This document shows positions 12,003-23,975 of a stretch of 64,000 bases of DNA, in pieces; the first letter of the stretch is position 1, and the number at the start of each line of letters is the position of its first letter. This DNA comes from Octopus sinensis (Eukaryota): NCBI RefSeq assembly GCF_006345805.1, contig NC_043009.1, forward strand, positions 20,770,001 to 20,834,000. The letters are read 5' to 3'. Below the pieces are notes generated by a model. It saw only the letters and a program-made list of their open reading frames with translations, searched no databases and had not been told where the DNA came from. The position numbers and the translations under genes were made by a program.

Positions 12003-13309
12003 ATGGAAATGCATACACCATTCTCTTTCTCACCTGTGTCAGGTGAAGAAAGTAGTTCACCAGCAGTAACACCGAAAAAACAAAACGAAAAAAACACCAG
12101 CAGTCTCATCGAAGAAATTCGCAGAGGTATCTGGTAAAAAGGAAAAGAATCTAAATACTGAAAAGAGTAATTTTGAAAAATATATGCATATGTTGAAAAA
12201 AGAAGGAACGGAAATTACAGTGGCTACAACAGAAGGAACGACAGACGCAGTAAACAGGAAAAGGATCATATACAAGACGTACAGCATAGTTTTAAAAAAT
12301 GATTCAAAGAATAGAGGAAAAAAAAGTAGAAAAATGCCTGTAACCAATTTTGCCCGAAATCACCTACATCAACCGTGGAAAAAGGTTCGGTACAGTGGAA
12401 GTAAGGTTTAAAACAGAAGAAGCAGCGAAAAAGTACTCTTCGAAGACACTCAAAACAGAGGAGGTAGTTCTTCTTTCAATATACATAGGAAGAAGAACAT
12501 CAAAAATAAAAATAAATAACATACCCCTGAAGAGGATGCCACTTGTTTAGTGGCAGCAATAACATTAGGCCTGGATGAAAAAATAAATATTCACCAGGCC
12601 TCAGTGGAAGAGGAAGAGCATTGGAAGGGGCAATGCTTGACGATGGCAATTCAAGCGGAGGTAACAACCTTAGAAGAAATTCCAGAAGCCATAAATGTTG
12701 ACGGAGGCGAGAGACTGATAGTATACGTGGAAGGTAAACCGAGATGCTTCAACTGCGGGTTGAAGGGACACATCAGGGCCGAGTGCCAACCAAAAGAGAA
12801 GGAAAGAAAAGAAGAAACACCAGTACCAACACCTAAAGATGTTTAGGTGTTGGTGCTGGTGTTTCTTTTGGTGTTGGTACTGGTGTTTCTTCTTTTCTTT
12901 CCAGCGACAAAAGAAAGTGAAGAGAAAGACAGAGAGGAGGAGGGTCGACTACTTCTAAGAAAAAGAAAACAAAACACAGACCGCCCCTCCCAAATTGAAT
13001 ATAAAAAAGAAAAATGAACAAGAGAAAGACAATATATAGATGGCCTTAAAGGCCTCAAACAACATACTAGTCAACCGTTTGGCAGTTATCCCAACTGCCA
13101 AACGAGTTGAAAAAACTACATCGAAAGACTTCCTTATCTACAAGATAGGCCGGAAGGATTACAGGCGGATTAAGTCCGAATTCTTCCACGACGTAGGCCC
13201 TCTAAGAATGGATTTTTCTCCATATATTTACGAGGGCCTACGTCCAAATACGCCACGAGCCCGAGAAAAAGAAAAAGAAAACGAGGATGAAGAAACGCCG
13301 AACCACTGA
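12003..13309 (+). pseudogene. Tx1-like ORF1 (gag-like; RRM-like region and zinc knuckle), frameshifted
   Basis: Fragments YINRGKRFGTVEVRFKTEEAAKKY and PRCFNCGLKGHIRAEC (CX2CX4HX4C, about 12745-12786); broken by frameshifts and a local inversion. Confidence 0.8.
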
Positions 13310-13323
13310 TATTGAGGTAAGTA

Positions 13324-16300
13324 ATGTCTAACATTCATGTTGGTTGCTTAAATGTGCGTGGCCTGAGATCAAGCTAGAAGCAGGGTCGCTTCCCTAATGA
13401 TATCAGGTCGCGGAATTTGGATGTCATTGTTGCTACAGAAACCCGGTTAGAGGGTCCAAGAGATCTGCTCCCGCCGTTGAACGGCTAGGAGGGTTTTTTT
13501 CTCTCCAGGCAGTCCTACCGGCGGGAGTGGGGTGTTGGTCCTATTAAAAAGAAACCGGGTTTTCGAGAAAAAGTTAATTTTTTCAGATCCAGAAGGTAGG
13601 CTGGTCGTCATGGATTTGACGTTCAGTAACGGTAAAGTTATCAGACTGGTTGCAATTTATGCACCCTCATCATCATCTAGGCAAAGTAAGTATTTTCGAG
13701 AGCAAGAGGAGCTTCTTAGTACTTCACATTCATTAGTTGTGCTAGGAGACAACACAATTTACCAGGCGCGAGTAGATTATGTTGGCTCGTGTACAGATAG
13801 AAAAGGTAACCCTGGCTTCCTGGAACTGCTAAAACGCTTTGAGCTAGCAGAACCTTATAAGTTGGAATTTCCGAACGCTCCATTGTGGACATGGTCAAAT
13901 AGCGACGGATCTTCCAGGTCTTACTAATTAGAGTACTAATTAGAAAAGCAGATAGAGAAATAGCTAAGTGTCCACAGTTTTACCCTGTCAGCTACAGTGA
14001 TCATAAAATGATCTCCTGTAAGCTTGACATAGATAAGGTATATAAGAGAGGCTCCGGTTATTGGAAACTTAATACGTCCCTTTTGGCGATTAAGGAGTAC
14101 AGAGACCGGATTAGGACTTTGATTCAGAGGGCGCTATCTGGTGCCATCATTAATAATAAATGGTTGTATGCTCTCAAGCGAGCCATAAAATTAGAGTTTA
14201 TTAGATATAGCATAGGATTAGTAACTAGAGAAGCTAGGAGGGGATCAACTCTAGTTAAGGATTTAGAGGAAGCCATGAAAACTGGCTCTGCGGCTCAGGT
14301 GACGGGGAAGAGACTGGCGTTAAGCCAGCACTTCGAGGCCAAACACATGGGCTGCATTGTCAGGGCTAGGATCCGCGCAGTGGGTTGTGAGCGAATCAAC
14401 GCCGCAGGTGGGTCCGAGTGGTGGAGGCTCAACGTGGTAATGATGCCACAATTCGATCTTTGACGAACCAACAAGGTAAGTTGATAGACGAACCCGAGAA
14501 GATGTGTGAGGCCTTTCAGGAGCACTTCGCTCAGCTTTTCGGTGGGGGCGGCGGACCGGATAGTAGGAGGGACCTTACGGACTTCCTCGACGGGCTGCCG
14601 CGCCTATCGGGGCGAGATGCTGCGAGCTGTGAAGGGCCGATCACGCCTGAGGAGGTGGCTGAGGCTATTGCGGACTGCGGCGCCGGCAAGGCGCCAGGAC
14701 TGGATGGTCTACCCTATGAGTTATATGAGAGTATGCCAGACTTGTTAGACTTGTTCGGGCACCTACTGGCGGAGGTCTACGCGAACTGGCAGCAGAACTG
14801 GTCTATTCCCAGATCTGTGCGCCGGGTAGTAGTGACGCTTTTCAGAAAGGACCCGGACAAGGGGGATTGTATTGATAATTTTCGGCCCATCACTCTGCTA
14901 AACACAGAGTTGAAGATTTTGGCCAAAGTGTTATCGAAAAGATTGGCTCGTGTCGCGGATGGTCTGATCGGGGAGGCACAGACATGTGCCGTTCCCGGCA
15001 GAACCATTCAAGATAATCTCCATCTTATACGGTACACTTTGGAGGGGTTTAATAGTGATTCTGGCAAGGGTAGGGCACTGGTCCATTTAGACCAATCTAA
15101 GGCTTTTGATGGGGTTGACCATCGCTACCTGGTGTTCGTTCTGGCACAGTTCGGCCTATGTCTTGGCTTCCTCAGGTGGATCATTCAGATTTACGACAAC
15201 ATCGACTCGGTAGTTCGGGTGATCGACTTCTTATCGAAGCCGTTCAACATCAAACGCTCGGTTCGTCAAGAGTGTCCGCTCTCCCCGCTTTTGTACGTGA
15301 TGGCTCTTGAGCCATTACTGCGAAAATTGAGCGGCATCCCGAGACAGCCAGGTTGTGGAAAATCGGTGTCAACTTACGCGGATGACATCACCATCATCGT
15401 AACCGAAATGGATCACCTACAGAGGGTAGGCAAGGCCATAGAGGTTTACGAGACGGTGGCAGGAGCAAAAGTTAATCGTGAAAAGTCAGTCGGCTTGCAG
15501 CTCGGCACCTGGAGAGGCAAGTCGATGCCTCCTGACAGCGTCGTGGGATGTTGGACGGATTAAGTTGCTAGGGATTTGGTTTGGACCAGACCTCCAAATA
15601 GAGAAGAACTGGGCCGAGGTATCGAGCAGGGTGGCTGCAGTAGTCAAGACCTGGTCTTGGCGGTGGCTATCCCTGAAAGGAAGGGCGGAGGTAGCCAATG
15701 TGTTTCCAAGTTTACTACTTTCAGTGGATGGGAAACCTGGTTGAATCGAAGATCAAAACTGGGCACATGGTTTACGGAGTGTCACAAGGCTCTCCTGCTA
15801 TTCCGTCGCTCGGGCAACGCCTGCGGTGGGGGTTCCACCACGTTCTTCTATAGAGGGCTGGTAGATGTGGAATGTGACGATACTTTAGGGGAAACCCTAG
15901 GTCTCGATGATAATCAGCTGGCCAGTCTGTTCCGACGTACATTCGGGCCGAAGACCCTAGACAACTTTCAGAAGTCTCTGGCATGACAATGTTACAGAGG
16001 AGCTCTACCTGTTCGGGACAAACTCGCAAGGCATGGTGGCCGAGGCAATCCGACATGTCCAAGATGCGAGCGGGATAGGGAAACCGTCCTGCATGCTATT
16101 GTTCAATGTCCGGAGGTGTCAGAGGTGTGGGTTTATGTCGAACAACTGTTGTCAAACACACGAAGAGTACAGCTGTCGACTGAGTCTATTGTAAAAGTTG
16201 ACCCACCGGATTTCCTCTCGAAAGAAGGTAAGAATTGTTTTCTCGTTGTAGTTGCAATTGCGAGAGAGGTGATTTGGAAGACGTGGCTGAAAGGTATAGA

Positions 16301-16457
16301 GTCAGGCAATTTCATCTCTGGCCCTGGATTGATTAATTACTTCATCTTCCACCTGAAAAGGAAAATAGGGCTGGAGAGAAAATGTCTGACTGAGAAAGTG
16401 TTCGAAAAACGATGGAAGAATGTAGCACAGATGTTGCGTATGAATGGTACCACATAA
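13324..16457 (+). pseudogene. Tx1-like ORF2 (APE endonuclease, reverse transcriptase, CCHC), disrupted
   Basis: MSNIHVGCLNVRGL start; YSDH and GSGYWKLN; GKAPGLDGLP, NFRPITLLNTELKILAK, LDQSKAFD, SVRQECPLSPLL, TYADD; CPRCERDRETVLHAIVQC. Several stops and frameshifts. Confidence 0.92.
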
Positions 16458-16709
16458 ATGTAGGACAGGATCAAACCAAGGTATCAGTGGCGAGGCGGGA
16501 CTCGTGGGGTCCGAGCTAAACCCGCACCCCACTCCATCCGTAATGTCTTCCGGTCTGTCCCATCAACCGATTTTTCAATTTTATTGTGATTCGTAATTAT
16601 GTGTTAAAATTTTTTAATTCATCATCTATGTAAAACCATTCGTAAATCTGACCCCAAATCAGATTGTGTTGTCCCCCTCTTTGTTCGCCCCTTGTGGGTA
16701 ATAAAAAAT

Positions 16710-17545
16710 CACAGCCGCTTCTACTGAGTACTGCTGTTGGTTTATTTCTTATACATAAAGGACTATAGCTTCAACTGCGAACTGCTTTTTGATTCACCGT
16801 AAGGTTTGTTGTTATTATTATTACTGTTTAACTATTGTTATCGCGTTTGTTGGTTCCTCGTAAGGGAAACGTTGTTGTGTTGCATTTGTTAAATAATTGT
16901 AAACTGTAACCCTCCCCCTTTGAGAGAAGGAGCTTTGCTTATTGTTTAAAAATTGAATTGGGTCCCTGTTTTGGGAAATTGACAATATTTTCACCGTTTA
17001 TACGAAAGCATTTTTGTTAGAATGCCTTCGATAGAAGAAAGTCCAAAAATGAATTTCGCTGCAGCCGTAGGCGGGCGCGAACTCATTAAAATTAAAATGG
17101 AAGAAATACAAACCTATTTCGGATTGATCACCGACAAAGACGGTGAATCTAGGATAACACCACCAAACGAAATAAAAAATTAAATTAAAGAAAAGACTAT
17201 TGTCTATAGAGTATACAATGTCGAGAAAAAAGAAAAGATTTAGACACCTAGAGGAAAGCACAATCGAGAAGTGTCTTGGTGCGACTATGAAAGATATCTA
17301 ACCAGAGGCGGTAAATTCGCCACAATAGAAGCAAGGTTCGAGTCAACGGAGCGTGCAAGGGAGTACTCGACTCGAACCTTGCAAAGTGGAAATATTTTAT
17401 TTTTACCTTTATATCTGAGACGTAGGATGTCCCGGATAAATATTTTAAATGTCCTCCTAGAAGCAGAGGTAGGCTGGATTGAAGCTACACTTCTATACAA
17501 GAGGGAGGACAAGATACAATTGATCGAAATTGCAAGAGACGGGCC
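16710..17545 (+). mobile_element. Second, diverged Tx1-like element: 5' UTR and ORF1 N-terminal part, 3'-truncated
   Basis: YLTRGGKFATIEARFESTERAREYSTRTLQSGNILFLPLYLRRRMSRINILNV aligns by eye with YINRGKRFGTVEVRFKTEEAAKKYSSKTLKTEEVVLLSIYIGRRTSKIKINNI of the first element. Confidence 0.75.
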
Positions 17546-18043
17546 TACAATTCCAGTCTGTTATATATTTTGAGTATTGTTATCACTAGCGATATCAAGA
17601 TATAACTTTGTGTTACACATTCATATCTATGTGTATACGTAGTTATACGTATGTAGAATACATCCCCACTTTTGGCACTATTTTGTTAGCAACAGTACGA
17701 ACTGTGTCTAAAGTAATTATGTATCACTACGCTGAATGTTGACAGTTCGTGTAACATGAAAAGTAAATAAACACGTAAAACAATAACAATGGTTTTCATT
17801 TGAGTTGTCTATCCCATTAGAACGAAACTACAATAACACTTTGTATTTTATGTGTAGATGTATATATACAGATGTACATGTAATATGTACACATATATAT
17901 ACACATATATACATGCACTAGCACTGTGACACGGCAACGACGGGTCATAATGCTAGTACTTAAATAAGAAGCTGTTATTGTTACATGAAAGAGAAGGTAT
18001 ATTTACCCAAGGCTGATGGGAAATTCTCTAAAACCATATATAA

Positions 18044-18517
18044 AATAATAATAATAATAATGAAATTATTGTATACAGTGCTCAGGTGCACCACAACTTG
18101 TCAGAAAGTGCGTATAGAGTATATGCAGTAATGTAAAAATGTCTGGAAAGCGAACAATGTATGAGTCAGATACATGCTTGTGTGTGTATTGAGGGGAGAA
18201 AATCAGGTGTAGTGTTGGCGAATCTCAGAAAGCATGGAAGTTTTGAAGGATGCAGTGCTCCGACAACTAACAAGTGATGCCGGCAGTTTGTTCATGCTTC
18301 AGCAACTCAGCGTGAAAAAATGTTTCCTAAAGTCATGGGAGCTGTGCTGTTTTCTGACTTTGTAAATATGTCCACGGGTGTTAGATGGGTGGAGTTTGAA
18401 AAGGTGCTCAGAGTTATTGATTGTAAGATGGTTGATAATTTTATGGGTGTCTGCCAAGTCAGCTGCCAGACGTCGGAGTTTCAATGTGTCCATGCCCAGG
18501 GAAGTAAGGCGTTCAGA
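18044..18517 (-). mobile_element. 5'-truncated CR1-like LINE 3' end
   Basis: Reverse complement closely matches about 46990-47460, including the (ATT)n tail; LKLRRLAADLADTHKIINH. Confidence 0.9.
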
Positions 18518-18649
18518 GAGAAGTTTGTGCTAGATATGGGATTACTTTTTGAAAAAATAGGGAACATCTGCTGTTACAAGACTATCGATGGGCAACTGAA
18601 AAATGTTTTTTTTTTCTTTATTTTAGGGGACTTTTATCTTTACCATTAA

Positions 18650-19039
18650 TACAAGAGGTTTCCTAAAAAAAGTAGCGGCTACCCAATAGTTGTGCAAAAT
18701 ATATATTTATTAGTATATGCCAGTAAATCATTAATCTAAAACAGTGGATCCCTTTGATTACTATTTTATTCTCCCTAGCCATTTGATATTTAAAAACTAG
18801 TTATATAGGTACTTCTTTCCAAATTGTCGTTTTGTTTTCACACATTCGTGTAGGTTTGCAATAGTACTCTCTGAAAAATTATGCTCAGTGGCTGGAAGCC
18901 TATTAATCTTTGTAAAACTTTAGAGAAAGAAACTTATCTGTTTCTTGCAAGAAATGCATTTTTCCCTGGACCCTAAAAATACTTCTGTGGACCCCCAATT
19001 TACTATTTTGCTCGTGTGGACCCCGGTTGAGAACCACTG
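18650..19039. mobile_element. hAT/Charlie-type non-autonomous DNA element fragment
   Basis: Right TIR GGTTGAGAACCACTG at 19025-19039 with subterminal 'gtggaccc' repeats; left TIR not found; left bound approximate. Confidence 0.5.
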
Positions 19040-19229
19040 GTCTAGTAGTACATAGCAGGGTTACATCCTTCGACAGGTTTTAATTCTTCAACACAATTCT
19101 TGCCTAAAATGGCTCCCAGTATCTTTTATATTTTTTCTCGGCTGGAGAGCTACATAGGTAGCCGGACAACAAACACTGGAGCTTGTTTCCGCTACTTCCA
19201 TGTTCTTGTCGGTGCAACATCTCCATAAT

Positions 19230-20250
19230 TAATTAGTGTTTTTCCCACATGTAATCGTTCCACTTGGAGGGCGGCTGACGCCTGACTTGCCCTGCAAACT
19301 TCAGAACCGACCGATACTCCACATGTACTGTTCAGAGACAACGGTATCCCACAGCGGAGAATCGGTAGTAAATGATTCCTCGGGCGATTCAGGAATTTTA
19401 TCCAGCAATTCCGTAACTCAGAAACTTCAGGTATTCCAGGAATAACAGGACCTCAGCCATTGTAATAGTAGGAATATTAGGTGGCAAAACTTCAGCTGAC
19501 TAGGTTGGGAACTTCAGAAGTTGACCTACATGTACAATCACGTCTTCACCCAGTCTTACTTCAAACTTAACGCCCCACCCCACTGTCGGCTTATAAGTGC
19601 TTTCCACCTAGCGTTCACCAACTCCAAAATTCCCTATAAAATTCCTCCCTTTTTCTCGCCGCGAATGCAAAACATTCCTCATTAGCAAGACGGTTGGTAC
19701 TTTCACAACGATAGCATTCGCATTTCTAGCAATTTATGAATGGACTTTTCAGATTAATCGCCGAGTAAACCTTACACGTTATGGGTGTCCCTAGAACACA
19801 ATGTGGTCGATTCAATTGCCACCAATATTTCGTTGGTGTCTTTTCACTGAGCATTGTTAACTTTCTCATTCTAGGCTTCAACCACTAGCTTGTCTCTCAG
19901 GTGTTCATTGAGTTTGTCTCCAGGATTACACTTCTCAGACATATGCTGGCCGAGGGTTTCTTGGTTTGTTCTGTCTCGAGTATAGAAAATTAAATTTTTT
20001 CCGTGCTGACAAAGTTCGGCAAATGTTTTTCTACCCGGTTTATTATTGGATAGATCTCGAAGAATTGAATAATTTTATGCCCAACCACAGACAATAGTAT
20101 AGCTTGTTTCTCATTGTCTTCTTTCACATCATTGGTAGCAAAGAAAAACCTTTAATGTTCCACATATCTCAGCCAGTTCTCTTCCGTATTGTTCCTTTTG
20201 TTCTCAACCCCAAAGAATGAAATTTTGAAGATTACTGAATTCAAACTTTT
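19230..20250 (-). mobile_element. Internally deleted Ty3/Gypsy (Mag-like) LTR retrotransposon relic
   Basis: Minus translation gives gag N-terminal EENWLRYVEH*RFFFATNDVKEDNEKQAILLSVVG, a decayed knuckle ECYRC at about 19700, and integrase-tail-like GVKFEVRLGEDVIVHVGQL and SGVSRPP. No RT seen; LTRs not identified. Confidence 0.6.
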
Positions 20251-20919
20251 AATTTTGTGGCTCACGTTGTAGACTGCCAGATGTTTTTGAAGCCATATAT
20301 CCTTTACGACCTTTTGCTGTAAATATATTAGTTCGATGTTCCGTTGTGTTCTTGGGCAAAACACTTCCTTTTACGTTGCTCTGCGATTATTTTGTCATCT
20401 GACATGTGGCACATGATGCATCTGTACAGGTAATGTCGATTTGATGGAAGGAGTGAGCTTATGTGTATACAAACATTTGATCGCTATAAACAAGTAATCT
20501 GAAATTTTCTACAAATTTCAGATGGTGAAGCTTACGATTATATCAGAATCTACGATGAAAAAGTTTTTCCAAGCTTGGTGTGGGAAGTTTCGGAAAATCC
20601 ACACAAGATGACTTTGTTTCCTCATATCTTTTGGGAAATTGGGTATTTTTTTTAAATGAAATTTTCTAGAAATTCCTTTCGGAGTGTGTGGATTAAGATT
20701 ATATCGGAATTTAACGTGAAAAATTTTTTTTAATACTGAACTCGTACAAATACATATTTACACACATCTCATTTTTTCTTTTTTTCTTTTAGTGCCTTAT
20801 TACTTAACATGTCCACCTGTTCGATTTCCACTCATTTACTTTTCTTTTTTTAAATTTTCGTTGCGTCTTGCAACCCCTTCAAAAGTCGTTGACCCAAATG
20901 CGAAAATGAAATATTTATA

Positions 20920-20950
20920 AATACACACACGCACACACACACACACACGC

Positions 20951-21030
<80 letters not shown>
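20920..21030. repeat. (CA)n/(TA)n microsatellite
   Basis: Directly visible. Confidence 0.95.
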
Positions 21031-21031
<1 letters not shown>

Positions 21032-21047
21032 AAGACTTAAATACTTT

Positions 21048-23346
21048 CAGGTGTTGTAAAAAATTAATTGATGAAAAGTTAATTGCAATTTATTGCAACA
21101 TTGTCAGTGAAAGTTTTTCAAATGGCTCACACTTCATTCGCAAATACAGCGTACCATTATTATTTGAGGTGCTGTGTTGACGCTTTGATCTGATTCACAC
21201 ATTCTGTCGTGCTTAGGAATTGACTGTTGTGTTAATTGTTGATGATTGGCTCGGACTGCTGAGAATGATACACATTCTATCATGCTTGAGATGGCTATTG
21301 TGTATGTTGTCAAATAACTGCTGTCGAGTGATTCTTGGTTCTGACAGCCGAGAATGATTCACACATTTTGTCTTCGAGACATTAAATCCTAACTTCGCTT
21401 GCAACGCGATTGTATCTGCAATTCCGCTCCAACATATTAACAGAATCAGACTTTCATCACTGGAGTGGCGAAATATATTCTATTTTAAGCTAACCCATGC
21501 CGCGTGAAAACGAGCAAATCGTCAGAAAATATTTTAACCAGACAGTGATCATGTATGGGAGTGCAAGTGTGGAAAAATGTTGACCCAGAAAAAGGAACTG
21601 GATGGACAAATTTTATGAATCATATAAAAAAAAAAAACAGCATCCAGAGTATTCTACGCAAGCAACTGGACAACCATCTTTATCGAGTTTTCTTTCACCA
21701 AAGAAGTAGTTTGGTGAATCGCTCGACCTTAATAATGTTTATGGTTGGATTGTATGGGTATGTGTTGGTTTAAAACTATTTTCCTTTACTGAAGACCCAA
21801 TGGCTTGTAAGTGTACAAACTTGGGAAGTATGCAAATATGACCTTAAAGAAATACACGGAGAAACTTGCTCAAGAAGTGGAAAAGAAAATATCTGATGAA
21901 CTTCAAAGTAAATTTTCGTTAATAATCAACGTTGGACTAAGGGTTTGATGCATTTCATTGGACTGCTTGCATCTTATTTTCGTACAATTATCAAAATGAC
22001 CATTGTACTATTTTGCTGGCATTTTCGCCAATGGTAAGTGAAACATCATTCACTGCTTCTGATTATGTCTAATTTATAGAGTATGTATTAAGTGTCTATA
22101 AGAAAATTTTAGAAAATGTTGTAGCTGTTACCCGAGATATTACTGAAGTGATCAAATCTAAAGCGAATTTGTGTAGAATACTATTGATTGGATGTGCCTA
22201 AAGTCAATCTAGCTGTTTCTGCTTCTTATCTCAAGGAGGAAGTTCTGCTTGATAAAATGAATATGTTGATAAGTAAGCTACAATCATTAAAACTTGAGGG
22301 TAAACTTCGGGCGAAAACTCCTTTGCAACCTAAACAAAGAAATAAAACCTTATGACATGATTGAGAGATACATCCAACTTTAGACTCTTTTCAAGTCGAT
22401 CCAAAACTGATTGATTATCTGTTGATTCCACGCGATCATAATGATCTGCAGACTGTAAAATACAATTTAGGAAAGTTACGTTCAGTAACAGTCGCTTTCT
22501 AAAGAAGAGAAATAGATTTGGGAGATGCCCGAATTCTTTTTGACGCAATTCTCGTATTGTAGCCTTACGAGGAGTTTAAAAAATATTTGCTTCTATCGGC
22601 AGTCATTGTGCACAGCCCAAATCTTGAAAGTGGAATTGTGAAAATTTTACATGCAGAAGCAGAGCTAACTGCGGATGAAGTGGCTGCTCTACATCATCTG
22701 AAAGTGGTTACAGATACGTCACAACAGTCTGATTTACCTGTAGAAGATGATGATTTTGCTTCAATTTGTTTGAAAAACACAAAAAAGATCTGAACTGTAG
22801 ATTTTTGTTACCAACATCTTGGAACATTTCTTCAGCTCGGCAGGTTACGCCTTTTAATGATTTTCGGCAATACTTAACACCGATGAATTTAGAAATGCAA
22901 TCATTTCTAGAAGTCAATCGCGCTTTCTGCGATGAAGACCTTGTTTCAGAAACCTGCAATCGTTCATGATCTTTTGCTATGTTAGAACATTTAAATTTTC
23001 CAACTCGTTTGAGAAACTCTTTCAATAAAATTTATTTGTTTTTCAACTACTTACAACGTAGAGTAAACATGTTGTTTGCTCCCTATTCTAAATCACTATA
23101 ATTGAACTTTGAATATTTTCTGATAGTAAAGTTTTTCGAAACTATAAGACGTGCCTTTTATTTTCCTATCGTTTTGGCTCTTATCTAAATCGAAGCTAAC
23201 ACTCCAAAATATTTTATGTTTTACGTTCGGCAAAGTAATTGGCAATTAATTGCAATAATTGATTGGCCTGTATGCCAATTAAAATTAATTCATTGCTAGG
23301 AAAATAATTGATTGGAAAGGTTCCAATCAGTTATTTACAACCCCTA
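21048..23346 (+). mobile_element. hAT DNA transposon with decayed transposase (about 21550-22970)
   Basis: Imperfect 23-bp TIRs (caggtgttgtaaaaaattaattg vs taggggttgtaaataactgattg, 18/23) and an 8-bp TSD aatacttt/catacttt. Transposase remnants KISDELQSKFSLII, LLIGCA, MIERYIQL, and dimerisation-region LPTS...LTPMNLEMQSFLEVNRAF. Confidence 0.85.
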
Positions 23347-23975
23347 CATACTTTACCACCACATTATACATCGGTTTTTAAGTAAGGAATGATTGGTGGG
23401 GTGGGGGTAGGTTGGGGGTGGGACAAATACGTAAGTATTCTAGTTGCATGAATAGTAGTGAAGTTGCCGCTGGCATAGTTAATATCTGAACTCAGCTATT
23501 TTAAGGGAAATTTGTTAAATTTGAAATACAAGGAAAAGTTAGTCTGATTTCAAGCAATAGTAGGATAACTCTGCACATATTTCGGTATTATTTGTCTTCA
23601 TCAACGAAATACTTAACCATAACTGCAAATAAGGCCGCTATGGAGGCAGCAGGGGTTGCATGAGGGTGGCTGTTGATCAGGTATGAGCCCTGGAAGGGGT
23701 ACTGCTAACTGGACACAAGTTGGGACTCCATCAACCTTTGTTGGGTCGCCTGGTTGAGGGTGTCTGACTATTGAATGACCCGAAGCATCCAATTACTTCA
23801 GAAAACATCACCGATGATGTATGGAAAAGCTTATAAAAACGATGTCAACTTTTAGATCATAATCTTCATAAGGCGACACCATTCTTTTTTAAGTCTTTAA
23901 TGAGTTACCGTCAGAATCAGAATTATTACTTCTCGAGAGCTTCGGGAAATAATTAATATTATTTAGTTACGACAA

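Larger units (their letters stand above)
11763..16709 (+). mobile_element. Near full-length Tx1/L1-clade non-LTR retrotransposon (degenerate)
   Basis: T-rich 5' UTR, ORF1 with CCHC knuckle, ORF2 with APE, RT and C-terminal CxxC...HxxxxC, and a 3' UTR ending gccccttgtgggtaataaaaaat. Flanked on both sides by ACAGCCGCTTCTAC. Confidence 0.9.
10248..17956 (+). mobile_element. Non-autonomous Helitron-like element split by nested insertions (own sequence about 10248-10603, 11384-11762, 17560-17956)
   Basis: A|TC 5' end at 10248 (tctctctatatataaaa) and an internal tandem duplication of about 150 bp (10291-10590). The 3' end has 'gacacggcaacgacgggtc' hairpin-like sequence plus CTAG|T at 17953-17957. 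Linking the 5' and 3' parts is inference. Confidence 0.6.

Noticed and set aside
20522-20655. Plus-strand YDYIRIYDE resembling a CUB-domain motif
   Set aside because: Lacks the following CG/P/S pattern, lies between direct repeats, and is on the opposite strand to the LDLa gene.
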